DNA from: Malacoraja senta
Taxonomy: Eukaryota
Reading direction: 5' to 3'
Assembly (NCBI GenBank): GCA_038087875.1
Contig: CM075981.1
Span: 1,364,001-1,428,000 of the forward strand
Length of the DNA stretch: 64,000 nt
Part shown: positions 61,950 to 64,000 of the stretch, in pieces
How positions within the stretch are numbered: the first letter of the stretch is position 1
How the letters are laid out: the number at the start of each line of letters is the position of its first letter
Translations under genes and position numbers: made by a program
The notes under the pieces: model-generated
What the model was told of the DNA's origin: nothing
Databases searched by the model: none
The model's input: the letters and a program-made list of their open reading frames with translations, nothing else

Positions 61950-64000
61950 TTCAGACGTGCAGATGTCCGAGAGCCGTTGGAGCGGTCGCAGAGGGAGGAG
62001 CTACACCCGAGCGGTAGTAGTTAAAGTGGAGCGCGGGGCTTGCTTCTTACAGCGGCCCGAGAGCCGTTGGAGCGGTCGCAGAGGGAGGAGGAACCGAAAT
62101 CTGTAACGTTCCAAGTTCCACTCGCACTTCAAAAACAAGTGGGCTTAAGGAAGCCGCTGATTGGTGGAAGCAGACAAGAGGGAGCAGCTGATTGGGAGTC
62201 AGATCCCTGCTGATTGTACTGTATTGTAGCAGTTTGTTTTGTATTGTATCCTAGGTAAGGGGTGTATGAGGGCCAGGGCAGTTTAAAGGCCTGTCTCACG
62301 AGTCTGCGGTCATTGGCGGCGAAACAGGAAGAATCTACCGCTCCTGGACCGCCAGAGACCGCGGACTCGGTCAAACGCACAATTCCGGGGCCGTGCTGTG
62401 CTATAAAAAATCAACACTGTCCAAAAATATGTTCTTACCGCACAGCCGCCGCCAGTGAGGCACGAGTGCGGCACGGTCACCGCCACAGCCGCCGCCAGTG
62501 CGGCACGAGCGCCGTGCGTCCAACTTGGACCGCCACAGCCTCCGCCAGTGCGGCACTGCCGCCGCCACAGCCGCCGCCAGTGAGGCAAGTGTGCGGCACG
62601 ACCGCCGCCAGTGAGGCACGTGTGCGGCACGGCCGCCGCCTCAGCCGCGCGATCCGAAAGACGTCATCGCGTAGCGCGATGACGTCATCACCCGACGCCG
62701 CAAGCTCGTGCAACCGGCCGTACTCGGCCACCGCGCAGCATCCGTGCGGCGCTCACGTGGCTGCCGTGCGGCGCTCTCGTGGTTGCCGTGCGGTCCCCTC
62801 TTCCGGCGACGACGTCCACATCTGATGACCTCCGTCTGGTCAGGAAGAGCGAGGAAGTCATTGAGAGGAGTTACATTGAGGTGGTCACTCCAAGACCACA
62901 GGAGGCAGGCAAGTGGATCACGGTTGGGAGTCGCAATGGGCACAGGCCGGGACTAGAGAGTACCCCGGTGGCTGTACACCTTGACAATAAGTACTCCTGT
63001 TTGAGCACTGTTGGGGGGGGACAGCCTACCTGGGGTAGCGACAGCGGCCGGGCCTCCGGTACAGAGACCATTCCTGTTGCTCAGAAGGGTAAGGAAAAGA
63101 AGAGGAGGGCAATACTAATAGGGGACTCTATAGTTAGGGGGTCAGACAGGCGATTCTGTGGACGCAGTCGGGAGACCCGGATGGTAGTTTGCCTCCCTGG
63201 TGCCAGGGTCTGTGATGTGTCTCAACGTGTCCAAGATATCCTGAAAGGGCAGGGAGAGGAGCCCAAGGTCGTGGTACATATACGTACCAATGACATAGGT
63301 AAAAAAAGAGAAGAGGTCCTGAAAGGAGAATTTAGGGAGTTAGGAGGGGAGTTAAAGAGAAGGACAGCAAAGGTAACAATCTCGGGATTACTGCCTGTGC
63401 CACGCGACAGTGAGAGTAGGAATGGAGCGAGGTGGAGGATAAATGCGTGGTTGAAGGACTGGTGCAGAGGGCAGGGATTCAAATTTCTGGATCATTGGGA
63501 CCTCTTTTGTGGAAGGTGCGACCTGTACAAAAAGGATGGGTTGCACTTGAACCTGGGGGGGGCTGATATCCTGGCGGGGAGATCTGCAAAGGCTACTGGG
63601 GAGACTTTAAACTAGAATGGTTGGGGGGAGGGACTCAAATAGAGAAAGCTATTAGACAGTGTGTGAGGCAGGAGGCAGAGAAGGAAAGCACTCAGACCCA
63701 ACATGTAGGGGGGAAAGAAGAAAACAATAATAAACAGGGAATAAGAGGTGGTGGGGTTCTTAAATGGGTGAGCAGAGAAACAGAGGGTGTAAAATGCGGG
63801 CGGAAGCAATAGGTAGCAAGGTGAAAAGTAAAAGTGGCAGGCAGACAAATCCAGGGCAAAAATCAAAAAGGGCCACTTTCAACATAATTGTATAAGGGGT
63901 AAGAGCGTTGTAAAAACAAGCCTGAAGGCTTTGTGTGTCAATGCAAGGAGCATTCGTAATAAGGTGGGTGAGTTGAACGTGCAGATAGCTATTAATGATT
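61950..64000 (+). mobile_element. 5' part of a long CR1 LINE: 5' UTR, ORF1 esterase, start of ORF2 endonuclease
   Basis: 30-bp direct repeats at 61971 and 62061; ORF 62779..63615 has GDS, TND and DGLH SGNH blocks; CVNARSIRNK at the window end. Confidence 0.85.
62285..62820. mobile_element. GC-rich MITE-like insertion interrupting CR1 ORF1
   Basis: Abrupt CpG-rich segment, CCGCCAGTG(A/C)GGCA repeated five times, 12-bp-arm palindrome at 62660-62686; second terminus not identified. Confidence 0.5.

Overview
Vertebrate genomic DNA, most likely from a cartilaginous fish (skate/ray; inferred from the HE1/V-SINE-like, CR1 and Penelope repeats and from the gene family). The window is part of a + strand tandem cluster of CD300/pIgR-like immunoglobulin-superfamily receptors that best fit the skate MDIR (modular domain immune-type receptor) family. 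Gene A (481-16434, leader upstream of the window) splices by hand into an open frame of about 678 aa: V-V-C2-V-C2, Cys stalk, uncharged TM and a tail with three ITIMs. Downstream are an orphan promoter/leader (21858), a damaged gene B (33100-42137), a duplicated dead ITIM-tail exon (47078) and gene C (leader 52868, dead V, intact V at 59057, V fragment), which may continue past the window. An inverted dead copy of the B-type tail sits inside an intron of gene A. Three paralogous intergenic blocks and a ~5.35 kb tandem duplication indicate birth-and-death evolution. The remainder is transposon-derived: CR1, L1, L2, Rex1, Penelope fragments carrying hammerhead-ribozyme-like motifs, a hAT element with a visible empty site, a Gypsy fragment and many SINEs. 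Exon coordinates were read base by base; repeat boundaries are approximate.
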